Assembly (NCBI GenBank): GCA_050010515.1
Contig: JBEKKX010000013.1
Coordinates: 47,330-111,329 of the forward strand
DNA: 64,000 bases
Source: Candidatus Bathyarchaeia archaeon
GTDB lineage: Archaea > Thermoproteota > Bathyarchaeia > Bathyarchaeales > Bathycorpusculaceae
Reading direction: 5' to 3'
Shown: positions 18,294-27,635 of the stretch, piece by piece
How positions within the stretch are numbered: position 1 is the stretch's first letter
How the letters are laid out: every line of letters starts with the position of its first letter
Translations under genes and position numbers: made by a program
Notes under the pieces: generated by a model
Told to the model about the DNA's origin: nothing
The model's input: only the letters and a program-made list of their open reading frames with translations
Database searches by the model: none

Positions 18294-18368
18294 GGGCGAG
18301 TAGCTCAGTACGGATAGAGCACCAGCCTCCTAAGTTGGGGGTCGAGGGTTCAAATCCCTCCCCGCCCG
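18294..18368 (+). tRNA. tRNA-Arg(CCT)
   Basis: GGGCGAG..GCTC/GAGC D-stem, CCAGC-CTCCTAA-GTTGG anticodon arm, GAGGGTTCAAATCCCTC T-arm, CCCGCCC-G; CCA not encoded; A6:C67 mismatch. Confidence 0.95.
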
Positions 18369-18523
18369 CATTTTGCTCAACTTTTGCCAAATTTAGCCTT
18401 ATTTTTTGCAATTCATCCCTTGTTGTTGACATATTTATTTCTTTGTTCAAACATTTAGGCAAACTCGGTTATTATCAAAAGAACCTAACCGTTGAAAAAA
18501 GTTCAAATTACGGAACCAAGCCA

Positions 18524-19270
18524 CTACTTCCATTTTGTCAATATTTCCTCCCTTTGGAAAGTAGCCTTGGCGACGTAAAGCAGAAGCAAATCAACCAACA
18601 AAAGAATGCCAGCAATGATGAGGAGGGTGATGGTGCTGCTGAGCTGTATTAAATTGAGTTCACCGGCGACATAGATCGCTCCGAAGGGGAGAATCAAGAG
18701 TATTCCGATCTGTTGCGCAATCCGTACATCGCTCACCCTCGCCGAGACAATGACGTTCCATTCGACACTCATTACGACCGCGAGAGGGACCATTAGAAAA
18801 AGGATAATGGCTGCATTCCAGTTAGGGAAAAAGTAGTAGCCCAATGTGCCATGTGTAACCAGATCCATGAGAACCATGAAGATTGTAGCTCCTCCCAAAA
18901 TAGCGCCTATGGGCGGTAGGAAAGCTGCGATTCCCTTTCCGAGCAAGATTTCACTATCGGTCGTGGGAGTGACCAAGAGCGGCTCGAGGCTCTTTTCGAC
19001 TTTCTCGCCGATCAGGCTGTAGGAGGCAATAGCTGTTGGAATCATACCTGCAAGGATGAGATAGAAGAAAGAAAATGCAGGCAGAAGTATCGGGAGTTCC
19101 GACGCTGGGATTCCGCTTCCACCATTACTATGCCCTTCAAGCACGATTACAACAGGAAAAAGAAATGAGACAATGAATGGAACGACAAGGATTGAATAGA
19201 TTATGTTCTTCTTCTTTAGGAATATCTTGAAGTCCTTCAACGCGATGATCCATGACCTTGAGAGTCTCAT
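18524..19270 (-). CDS. ABC-2 type transporter permease (paralogue of 5970-6704)
   Basis: LIGEKVEKSLEPLLVTP; same C-terminus REEILTKWK. Confidence 0.9.
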   Translation of the reverse strand: MRLSRSWIIALKDFKIFLKKKNIIYSILVVPFIVSFLFPVVIVLEGHSNGGSGIPASELPILLPAFSFFYLILAGMIPTAIASYSLIGEKVEKSLEPLLVTPTTDSEILLGKGIAAFLPPIGAILGGATIFMVLMDLVTHGTLGYYFFPNWNAAIILFLMVPLAVVMSVEWNVIVSARVSDVRIAQQIGILLILPFGAIYVAGELNLIQLSSTITLLIIAGILLLVDLLLLYVAKATFQREEILTKWK

Positions 19271-20187
19271 TTGGTTTGCCTCACGAGTTTAAGATAGGCA
19301 TCCTCCAAGGTTGAGCCTACGACGGTGACGGATTGAACGTGGCCGCCGGCTCGGAATATCGTGTCCAAGATAGTGACATTCTCTTTTTCGGGATTTGTTA
19401 CATCGATAGTCAGTTTGTTGCCATCGATAATCAAGTTTCGAAGTGGTAGCTTTCTTAAAGCAGCTATTATCGCATCGCCTGCCTGCTCTATCTGAATTAC
19501 TGTTTTCCTTCCTTGAACAGATTTCTCAAGTTCCTCGGGTGTGCCAATCGCCATCAGCTTGGTATTCAGTATCCCAATCCTGTCGCAGATCCTCTGTGCC
19601 TCGTCAAGGTTGTGCGTGTTCAGGAAGATGGTCTTCTTCTCTTTCTTGAGCTCGATGATGAAATCCCGAACAGTCTTTGAAGATTCTGGGTCGAGGTTCG
19701 CCGTCGGCTCGTCCATGAACAATATCTGAGGGTCGTGGATGAGGGCGCGTGCTATCGAGAGTTTTTGCTTCATCCCTTTGGAGAAAGTTCCCGCTGCGAC
19801 GTCCTTCTTCTCCCAGAGTTCGAGCATCTTGAGGAGGCGCTCGATATTCTCCTTCCTTTGCGCTGCTGTGCAATCGTATAACTTCCCATAAAAGTCCAGA
19901 TTGTCGTAGGCGCTCAGGTCATCGTAGAGCCCCACGTTGTCGGGAACCAATCCAATGAGCTCTCTTATCTTCAGAGAATCCGCCTCGATGCCGACATCGT
20001 AATCCCCTATCCTGGCGTTCCCGCTCGTCTTTGAGATCAGGCAGCATAGCATCCTCACAGTAGTAGTCTTGCCCGCCCCGTTGGGACCAAGAAAACCGAA
20101 AACCTCGCCGTCGTCAACATGTAATGTTAGGCTATCTACAGCTGTTAGGTTCCCGAATTTTCTGGTTAAGTTTTCGGTGTCGATCAT
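19267..20187 (-). CDS. ABC transporter ATP-binding protein (paralogue of 6701-7630)
   Basis: GPNGAGKTT, FSKGMKQK, ILFMDEPT. Confidence 0.95.
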   Translation of the reverse strand: MIDTENLTRKFGNLTAVDSLTLHVDDGEVFGFLGPNGAGKTTTVRMLCCLISKTSGNARIGDYDVGIEADSLKIRELIGLVPDNVGLYDDLSAYDNLDFYGKLYDCTAAQRKENIERLLKMLELWEKKDVAAGTFSKGMKQKLSIARALIHDPQILFMDEPTANLDPESSKTVRDFIIELKKEKKTIFLNTHNLDEAQRICDRIGILNTKLMAIGTPEELEKSVQGRKTVIQIEQAGDAIIAALRKLPLRNLIIDGNKLTIDVTNPEKENVTILDTIFRAGGHVQSVTVVGSTLEDAYLKLVRQTK

Positions 20188-20444
20188 TTTTAAATCTCTG
20201 ATTTAATGGTTATCTTGATGATTTCTTATTTTACCTTTGAATAAACGGGATATATAAGTCTAAATTTTTAAGAGATACTCTCATTTGAGGTAGATGTTGA
20301 ACCGCCTCATTTTATGAGACTGGTTCGGTTGACGCTTTGTTGGTAAAGACCCTATGTTCCTCAACTGGGTTAAAGAACTATTTCTCTACTACTGGGACAA
20401 AGGAAAGCGAGCTTAACACAAAACCTAATACCTCTTTAGACCAC

Positions 20445-20490
20445 ACCCGAGGGTTCAAACGAGGGCTCAAACCTATCCCCGCCCGCCACA
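20445..20490 (+). repeat. tRNA-3'-end-derived repeat, copy 1
   Basis: ACCCGAGGGTTCAAACGAGGGCTCAAACCTATCCCCGCCCGCCACA. Confidence 0.85.
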
Positions 20491-20627
20491 CATAATTCAT
20501 GTTTAAAGCAAAAATCTTGCTTATTTTCTGCAAATAAGCTGTTCAAACCTTGCTGTGTTTTTGCGCCTGCAGTGTTATTGGTCATACAGGTACAAAAAGG
20601 GAAAAAAGAGGTTTTGCGCGCGCTGAA

Positions 20628-21335
20628 TTATGCGATTTTGAAGTAGACGCGTTTGTTGTTTTTTCCTTTGCTTTCAGCTTTAATCAGTTCTATTCTACCC
20701 ACTTCCCGCAGACTGTGCACATGCGTACCTCCATCGGCTTGTCTATCTACGCCTTCTATTTCTACGATGCGAAGTACAGGTATGTCGGGCGGCAGGGCTC
20801 CCGCCATCTTAACTATACCTGGGATTTTCATCGTTTCCTCTTTCGGCAACTCATACCATTTTACAGGAATATCCTTACTGAAGAGCTCATTCGCCTTAGC
20901 GACGTATTGATCTAAAATTTCCTTGTCGAAGTTTTCGAAGTTGAAATCAAAACGGATATAGTCTTCCTCAAGCTGATTGCCAGTAACGAGAGCTCCAGTT
21001 CCCACACATAAAAGTGAAGCAAACAAGTGTGCTGCCGTATGGCTCCGCATAAGTTTGTACCTTCGCGCCCAGTCTAGGACGCAGTGAACTCTATCTCCTT
21101 CTTTAAGACCTGCTCGATCCACCTCATGAGAAATTTCTCCTGAAAATTTTCCCACATAAACCACATTGTAAGTTTCATTGTCTTTGACGATTTTTCCAGT
21201 ATCCCACGGTTGACCTCCTCCTTTAGGATAAAAAATGGTCTGATCAAGCACTACGTATTTTTGGTCCTTAACGGAAACTACAACAGCGTTGCACTCTTTG
21301 AGATAACTGTCGTCTAAGAACAACATTTTTGTCAA
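20628..21335 (-). CDS. alaX: AlaX alanyl-tRNA editing protein
   Basis: LDQTIFYPKGGGQPWDTG, MRSHTAAHL, QADGGTHV, KGKNNKRVYF. Confidence 0.93.
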   Translation of the reverse strand: MTKMLFLDDSYLKECNAVVVSVKDQKYVVLDQTIFYPKGGGQPWDTGKIVKDNETYNVVYVGKFSGEISHEVDRAGLKEGDRVHCVLDWARRYKLMRSHTAAHLFASLLCVGTGALVTGNQLEEDYIRFDFNFENFDKEILDQYVAKANELFSKDIPVKWYELPKEETMKIPGIVKMAGALPPDIPVLRIVEIEGVDRQADGGTHVHSLREVGRIELIKAESKGKNNKRVYFKIA

Positions 21336-21595
21336 CAAGATGGTTACCTCACTTCTACAGATATCTAATCTGTTTAGGTTTAGAAGGATATATTTGTTCA
21401 TTTTGCCTAAAAACTTATTGCGGAATAGACCTCTAAGCAGCAAAAAAGGAGGGAATCTCGGTCGAAATTACAGTCTGGGAACGGTAACTCCTAGGTTACT
21501 ATTTTTAGAGTATTATAGCGCACGCGGGTTTTTACTACGATCATTCTATCCTCTTGCATGGTCTTGGTCTTGATAAAATGGCATAATTTAACACA

Positions 21596-21736
21596 TTAAT
21601 GTCCTGCGTGGCTCACTATGATGCGATTACCACACTTAGGGCACTCATAATAAAGGAACTTTTTTTCACTGTTATATTTAGCTATCATTTCTTCGTAGCA
21701 TGAAGGGCAAAGAGGAGCCCTCTTCATAGTTTTCAT
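21596..21736 (-). CDS. 46-aa zinc-ribbon protein
   Basis: MKTMKRAPLCPSCYEEMIAKYNSEKKFLYYECPKCGNRIIVSHAGH*; two CxxC; below the ORF-track cutoff. Confidence 0.65.
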   Translation of the reverse strand: MKTMKRAPLCPSCYEEMIAKYNSEKKFLYYECPKCGNRIIVSHAGH

Positions 21737-21907
21737 GGTTGAGTTTATGGCTGTTTTTGTTTTAAAATTTTGCTACTGCCTACATTATAGGCCCTTAAAT
21801 GGTCTCGGTAAAAAAAAGAAAAGGGAATTGAAACTTCAAAGCAACAGTTATCATCACAACCCTTAAGAAAAAAAGCTCGCATAAAATCCTGAGAAGGAGA
21901 AAAATTC

Positions 21908-22798
21908 ATGCGGGCGTCAAGTTGGAGAGGAAAGCAGGCAAAAGCCGTTTTTCTCACTGTTTTAGCCGGTGTCTTGTGGGGGACCTCTTTTCCTGCCATA
22001 AAAATCGGTTTGAACTACGTTAACCCGTACTTATTTGTTTTCTTAAGATTTCTTTTAGCATCAGTGCTGATGTTCTTGATACTGCTTATCACTAAGAAGC
22101 TCACTTATCCAATAAAACAGAAGAAACTAATCCTCTTCCTAGGTGTTACCAATGGAGTTGCGTACCTATCGCAGTACATCGGAATGAACTCTACTACAGC
22201 AGCAAAAGCAGCGCTCTTCGTAAACTTAAGCGTCGTCTGGGTGGCATTACTAAGCCCAAAGCTTCAAGGGGAAACATTGGGAAGAAGAAAAATATTTGGT
22301 GTTTTAGCTGCTCTAACCGGTATTATATTTGTGACGACTAACCTAGATTTCTCGATGTTAAGCGGAGGGCAATTGATCGGGGATTTGTTACTAATTACTT
22401 CAGGAGTCATTTGGGCATTTTTCACAATATACAATAAAACCCTCGTAATGACAAGCAATGGTTTACTTCAATCTTTAACATGGATCTTGCCCTTAACTCT
22501 GCTCCCGATGCTGCCCTTCGTCTTCTCCTCAGCATATCAGATCCCTGCGCTTCCCGCTCAAGCTTGGCTTGCCATAATTTATACAGCCGTTGTTTGCTGG
22601 ATCGTTCCTTACTACTTATGGCTTGAAGGCTTAAAACACATCACAGCCTCAACATCCACAATCCTGCTTCTAACAGAAATATTAGTAGCCGCAGCAATTT
22701 CCTTCATTCTACTAAACGAGATATTCACTATTATCATGGTCTTCGGAGCTCTCCTCATAGTAATAGCCATAGTACTAGTATCCTATCGCGCCGACTAA
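21908..22798 (+). CDS. DMT/EamA-family transporter
   Basis: LWGTSFPAIKIGL, LRFLLAS; two EamA repeats. Confidence 0.92.
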   Translation: MRASSWRGKQAKAVFLTVLAGVLWGTSFPAIKIGLNYVNPYLFVFLRFLLASVLMFLILLITKKLTYPIKQKKLILFLGVTNGVAYLSQYIGMNSTTAAKAALFVNLSVVWVALLSPKLQGETLGRRKIFGVLAALTGIIFVTTNLDFSMLSGGQLIGDLLLITSGVIWAFFTIYNKTLVMTSNGLLQSLTWILPLTLLPMLPFVFSSAYQIPALPAQAWLAIIYTAVVCWIVPYYLWLEGLKHITASTSTILLLTEILVAAAISFILLNEIFTIIMVFGALLIVIAIVLVSYRAD

Positions 22799-22878
22799 AT
22801 CTTAGCACACATTACAACGATTAATAGTCTGAATGAGCCAATCAACTATTGGTCAATTTAAGAAAATAACAAAAAAGG

Positions 22879-23696
22879 GCGCTAGTTTGTCCCGAAAATG
22901 GGCAAAAAAAGAAGAAGGATATCTACTTAATGGTGATGCTTTTCGCGCGTCGCGCTAACCCAAACCCAAATCTCGATACCTAAAATTATAATTGTCAAGT
23001 TTTAAATAGTAATTAGGATAACGCAGTTCTATGCAAATTACCGATTTAATCCGTTACAACCACTTCGTTCGCGAGCTTTATTTTGACGCTATGTCTAAAT
23101 TGCCTTGGGCGCAGGTTGTCGAAGCTCGAGGTTTGAGTTTTGATTCTATGCGCAACGTGTTCTTGCATTTGACACGTGTTGAGGACAGGGTAGTTAACTA
23201 CGTAATTCCTGAACGGGACAAGGATTGGGTTGGCGTGGATTTTGATGCTTTCAAGAGCATGGATTCCTTGAAGGATTACATGTTACATGTGAAGGAAAAA
23301 ACTGAAAACTACTTAGCGAATCTTTCAGCTGAAGAGCTAAACAGACAACTCGTTATCCCGTGGAGCGCCACCTCAGAAACAAAAATAAGCATTGAAACAG
23401 TCTTAAACCACATTGTTTTGGAGGACATGATCCATTATGGCGAGTTATCGGCTGCTTTCTGGCAAATGGGTTTGCAAGCACCTTACATGAGCTTTTGGCA
23501 GTATAAACATCAGCACCCTTAAACTAATCCGAAGCTCACGCCCCCTCAAAGGTCTAAAAGCTGAAAAGCGAAGTTTCTAAGAGACCAGCTAGAATTAACC
23601 ATAAATTTATCATTTGATACAGTTTCCACATATCAACTACATTAAAGAAAGTATAATATCAGTTCCATATCACATAATTTCGGGACAAGACAGCGC
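22879..23696. repeat. 19-bp imperfect inverted repeats flanking the DinB gene
   Basis: GCGCTAGTTTGTCCCGAAA (22879-22897) versus TTTCGGGACAAGACAGCGC (23678-23696), 16/19 complementary. Confidence 0.6.
23031..23522 (+). CDS. DinB/YfiT-family protein
   Basis: LIRYNHFVRE, SMRNVFLHL, LNHIVLEDMIHYGEL (His triad). Confidence 0.88.
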   Translation: MQITDLIRYNHFVRELYFDAMSKLPWAQVVEARGLSFDSMRNVFLHLTRVEDRVVNYVIPERDKDWVGVDFDAFKSMDSLKDYMLHVKEKTENYLANLSAEELNRQLVIPWSATSETKISIETVLNHIVLEDMIHYGELSAAFWQMGLQAPYMSFWQYKHQHP

Positions 23697-23752
23697 GCCA
23701 AGAAATTAAAAAACCAATCGACGCAAAGCCGATAGGCATATGCAACAAATTC

Positions 23753-24958
23753 TCAATTAACTTTTTCTTCAGGCATTTTCGTGTGTCGGAAGTAGTACCA
23801 AAACAGGCTAATAGAAACTATGTAAAATAAGGCAGCCAAAAAGAATGGTGCACCCAAAAGTCCCATGCCAATCAGCCAGGCACCGACGAACGAACTCAAT
23901 GCGCTGGGCAATCTCCAAAGAGCAGAGCTTACGCCTGAAGCCGCACCGCGCTCATCTTCCGCGACCAGCCCCATTATCATCGACTGCGCCAGCGGACTTG
24001 ACATGTTCATAAGAAAGGCCCTTGACGTGTAAACAATGCTTGCCACTATGTAATTTGGAGACAGCGGCGTTGTAAACATGAATATGGTTGAAACAGCCTC
24101 CGTTACAACTATAGCGTTAACTACTCCAAATCTTTTCGCAAGCCAAGGAGCAGCAAGCGTAGCTACACCTATTACAATGCTTGAAAAGCCCAAAATTGGA
24201 CCACTTAACGAGTCGGGTATACCGTACTGCGCCTTCATCCAAGCAGTCATCAAAGGAACAACCATACCTGCGCCGAAAGCAATTATCGCGCCCGTGAGGG
24301 CATATTTCACCAAAACATTTTTAGACTTTCTTGGGAGCAGCTCACTCAAGGTTGCATTAGCTTTCGCGGACCTTTTTGATTCGTTAACTTTGAACATTAT
24401 AAGTGTAGAAGACAAACTCAGAACGGCAAGTATTACGTAGAGAAGAACGTGGCTTTCCTTATGCGTGAATCCACTCATCGTTGATGTCGCCAAGATTGCA
24501 ATAGCGCCGAGGCCGAAGGCTGTGCTTTGAGCAAAGCCAAACATGGAGAAGACGCTGTTCCTCTTTGCATCTTCAGCCTTTTCTGCAAGCAACGCACTGC
24601 TAGATGAATAAGAAGCGGCTTCTGAAATTCCTTCGAAAATAGCAGCAATTATTAACAGTACTGGGTTTGTGGTTAAAGCGAAAACCGCGATGATGACACT
24701 TGCTATTATGTTGCCTACTATGAGCACCCGCTTTCTGCCGTATTTATCTGCTGCAATCCCCATGGGAACGCAGGTTGCAAAAGTGGATACGCCCATGACC
24801 GTTACGATGAGTCCCATGAGGTTGAAGGATAACCCTTGAACTGTGGTGAGAAAATAGGCTATGTCAGTGTAGAACATGCCGTAAGCTACGGAAGGCAGCA
24901 CTGACGAGTAGATTAGGTATTTTGCCTCTTTCGTCATTCCTCTGTAGGTGTTGAACAC
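23753..24958 (-). CDS. MFS transporter
   Basis: GIAADKYGRKRV motif A; about 12 TM segments. Confidence 0.92.
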   Translation of the reverse strand: MFNTYRGMTKEAKYLIYSSVLPSVAYGMFYTDIAYFLTTVQGLSFNLMGLIVTVMGVSTFATCVPMGIAADKYGRKRVLIVGNIIASVIIAVFALTTNPVLLIIAAIFEGISEAASYSSSSALLAEKAEDAKRNSVFSMFGFAQSTAFGLGAIAILATSTMSGFTHKESHVLLYVILAVLSLSSTLIMFKVNESKRSAKANATLSELLPRKSKNVLVKYALTGAIIAFGAGMVVPLMTAWMKAQYGIPDSLSGPILGFSSIVIGVATLAAPWLAKRFGVVNAIVVTEAVSTIFMFTTPLSPNYIVASIVYTSRAFLMNMSSPLAQSMIMGLVAEDERGAASGVSSALWRLPSALSSFVGAWLIGMGLLGAPFFLAALFYIVSISLFWYYFRHTKMPEEKVN

Positions 24959-25411
24959 TTAAACCAGCCCGATTTTCGACTCAATTTGCTTCTTTATGCC
25001 AGAGCAAAGGTCAATTGGCTAGAAATGGTTTCGGCAACTGCAGCTTTAAGTTTTTCTCAGTCATTGTCACCAACACTCAAAAAGCATGTTTTTTGAATGG
25101 TAGATTCAATTATCTGGGGCTGTCGTTGCCAGTTCAAACAAAGAGCGACTCATTACCGAAGGTGCAAGATTTTCTCCAGAGTTAAGAGAATGCAAAGCAG
25201 TTTTCATTAGTTCATGACCTCCGATATATTACCATGGGTCTATAAGCTTCAATGCTGCAAGAGAAATCTTGCCAGTAACTACTGTTTGCTTCTTCAGCAG
25301 ATTTTGCTCTCTTAAGCTGTTCTCTGATATCTGCAACCGAAGTCACAAGCGCGGCGCGCTGTGACCTTTAGCCAAGTGAACGTTTTCGGCTTTTCTTTGA
25401 GCTTCTTTACG

Positions 25412-26482
25412 TCAGGCTTGTTTCTTGGATTGCAGTTCTTTTGCTACGCTGTCGATTGCATTGATTGCTTTTTCGATATGAACTTTTTCTATCCCGCGAT
25501 GCGTCACCATTCTTATGCTGTTCTTGGCCATGGTTGAGACTAAAACGTCCTTTTCCTTGAGCTTTAGAACGAACAGTTCATCTGAGGCTTCTAAATCGCT
25601 CATATCGAAACGAACCATGTTTGTCTGCACCGCATCTAAATCAACTTTGATCCCGTTTATCTTTGCTATTCCTTCTGCTAAGCGCCTGGCATTTTTGTGG
25701 TCTTCTTCCAATCTGTCAATCATCTTTTCAAGGGCAACAATGCCTGCCGCAGCTATTATGCCCGCTTGGCGCATTCCACCGCCCAAAACTTTCCGGGTTT
25801 TTCTGGCTTTCTCGATGAATTCTTGAGTGCCGACGACCACTGAGCCGACTGGGCAGCTTAGACTTTTAGATAGGCAGAACATCAGGCTGTCTACATGCTT
25901 TGTGAACTCTTTTACGTTAACCTTTGAGGCTACGGCAGCGTTGAATATTCTTGCTCCGTCCATGTAGAATTTCAAGTCATATCTTTTGGCCACTTCGCTT
26001 ATCGCTCGCATTTGATCAGGAGTGACTATTGTTCCCCCATATCTGTTGTGAGTATTTTCAATGCATATCAGAGAGGGCACTGGAAAATGGATGTTCTTCG
26101 GTCTTATCGCTGCTTCAATGTCTTCTGGATCGATCGCTCCCAAGTGACTCTTTATTATCCACGGTAGTAGTCCAGCAATTGCAGATACCCCTCCTCCTTC
26201 ATACCAGTAAATATGAGATTCCGCTTCCAAGAATACTAGTTCTCCGCGTTTTGCATTGTTCATCAAAGACAATAGGTTTGCTTGCGTGCCGCTTGTGACT
26301 AAAAGAGCCGCTTCTTTTCCCATCTTCTCGGCTGCCATTTCTTCAAGCTTTTTAACCGTTGGGTCTTCCCCGTAAACATCGTCTCCTAGTTCTGCATGTC
26401 GAATTGCCTCCAGCATCTCCTCTGTGGGCAATGTCACTGTGTCGCTTCGCAAATCAATTATTTCTTTGCTTGCCATTCCCAT
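25412..26482 (-). CDS. ltaE: Low-specificity L-threonine aldolase
   Basis: IDLRSDTVTLPT, GDDVYGEDPTV, IENTHN, MDGARIFNA, FCLSKSLSCPVGS, GGGMRQAG. Confidence 0.93.
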   Translation of the reverse strand: MGMASKEIIDLRSDTVTLPTEEMLEAIRHAELGDDVYGEDPTVKKLEEMAAEKMGKEAALLVTSGTQANLLSLMNNAKRGELVFLEAESHIYWYEGGGVSAIAGLLPWIIKSHLGAIDPEDIEAAIRPKNIHFPVPSLICIENTHNRYGGTIVTPDQMRAISEVAKRYDLKFYMDGARIFNAAVASKVNVKEFTKHVDSLMFCLSKSLSCPVGSVVVGTQEFIEKARKTRKVLGGGMRQAGIIAAAGIVALEKMIDRLEEDHKNARRLAEGIAKINGIKVDLDAVQTNMVRFDMSDLEASDELFVLKLKEKDVLVSTMAKNSIRMVTHRGIEKVHIEKAINAIDSVAKELQSKKQA

Positions 26483-26646
26483 CTTATCTTCTCCTAAAGT
26501 GAACAGTCTACCTTTTGAGAAAGCAATAGGTTCTTGCTTTAAAGTTTTCTCTCGAACCTTAAGAAAGCAAAAAAATATTAGAGGCATTTTGCGTTGACTT
26601 TAAAGTTGAATCGTGCAAGTCGCCTGTTTGATAGGCTGAATGCTTG

Positions 26647-27558
26647 TTATTTCCTTGTGATGAGAAGAACGCCCGTGAAGATTAAGAGCCCTCCGACCAA
26701 GATTAGCGGAGTGACGTTTTCTCCGATGAAAGTTGTTGCAAACAAAACTGTCACTAATGGTTCTGCGAAGAGAAAAGAGCTGGCGACTGCGGCTTTTACC
26801 CTGCTCATAACGTAGAACCAGATAAAATACCCCACGAACGAACACGTGACAGCTAGGTACAGAATTGCCCCCCATGCTTGGAGATTCAAGGTTAGTATTC
26901 CGTTGAGAGAGTTTTCGGCCAAAGAGAACGGAACTAAGAAAAGTCCGCCTATAATGCTTACATACGCTACAACGAGGAAAGGACTGTACTTCTCGATCAA
27001 TCTTTTTCCTCCAAGGGTGTATGAAGCCCAAAGAATAGGTGTAAGCAGAAGGATTAAGCTTCCCAAGAGAAATGTTGGATCGCTGCTTCTCAAATCCATT
27101 GTGCCGCCTGTGATGACGACCAAAGTGCCAATTCCCGCAACAGCAAGTCCCAAGAACTGCTTTCTCTTTAGGGCTTCATTAAAAATCCGCATAGAAAGTA
27201 AGGCGATGAGTATAGGTGAAAGGAAGCAAACTAAAATAGCAGCAACAGAGGCGCCTGCCAACTCGATGCCTACGTATTGGACAATAAAGAAGAAAGTAAC
27301 CCCTGCGAGAGATAAACCTACGAACACCAGAATGTCTTTACGTTCAAAAAGCACTACACTAAGTGGCCTCCTAACCTTCATTACCACAAGAGCGACTAGA
27401 AATAACGCTCCTGCTACCAGAAACCTGAATGTTGCAATAGCAATTGGAGTCAATCCTTGCAAAAGCAATGCTTTCACCACAACAAATGAGCTACCCCAAA
27501 AAATAATCAGGCATAACATCAAGAAAAAGTCAAATGAACCGATTTTCTTGCTTGCCAT
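26647..27558 (-). CDS. DMT/EamA-family transporter
   Basis: FWGSSFVVVK, FRFLVAG, FLFAEPLV. Confidence 0.92.
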   Translation of the reverse strand: MASKKIGSFDFFLMLCLIIFWGSSFVVVKALLLQGLTPIAIATFRFLVAGALFLVALVVMKVRRPLSVVLFERKDILVFVGLSLAGVTFFFIVQYVGIELAGASVAAILVCFLSPILIALLSMRIFNEALKRKQFLGLAVAGIGTLVVITGGTMDLRSSDPTFLLGSLILLLTPILWASYTLGGKRLIEKYSPFLVVAYVSIIGGLFLVPFSLAENSLNGILTLNLQAWGAILYLAVTCSFVGYFIWFYVMSRVKAAVASSFLFAEPLVTVLFATTFIGENVTPLILVGGLLIFTGVLLITRK

Positions 27559-27635
27559 TTTTCGACCTGCCGCGGGGGTGCATATTGGGCACTTTGCTTA
27601 TGAAACTTTCGGCGTTGTTTGCAATATAAATTTTT

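Noticed and set aside
21660-21666. Suspected frameshift in the zinc-ribbon gene
   Set aside because: Recounting gives seven T, which keeps the frame open
24990-25350. Short minus-strand ORF fragments with a GGAGGT motif
   Set aside because: Possibly a gene remnant, but no family is recognisable and the frames are under 40 codons
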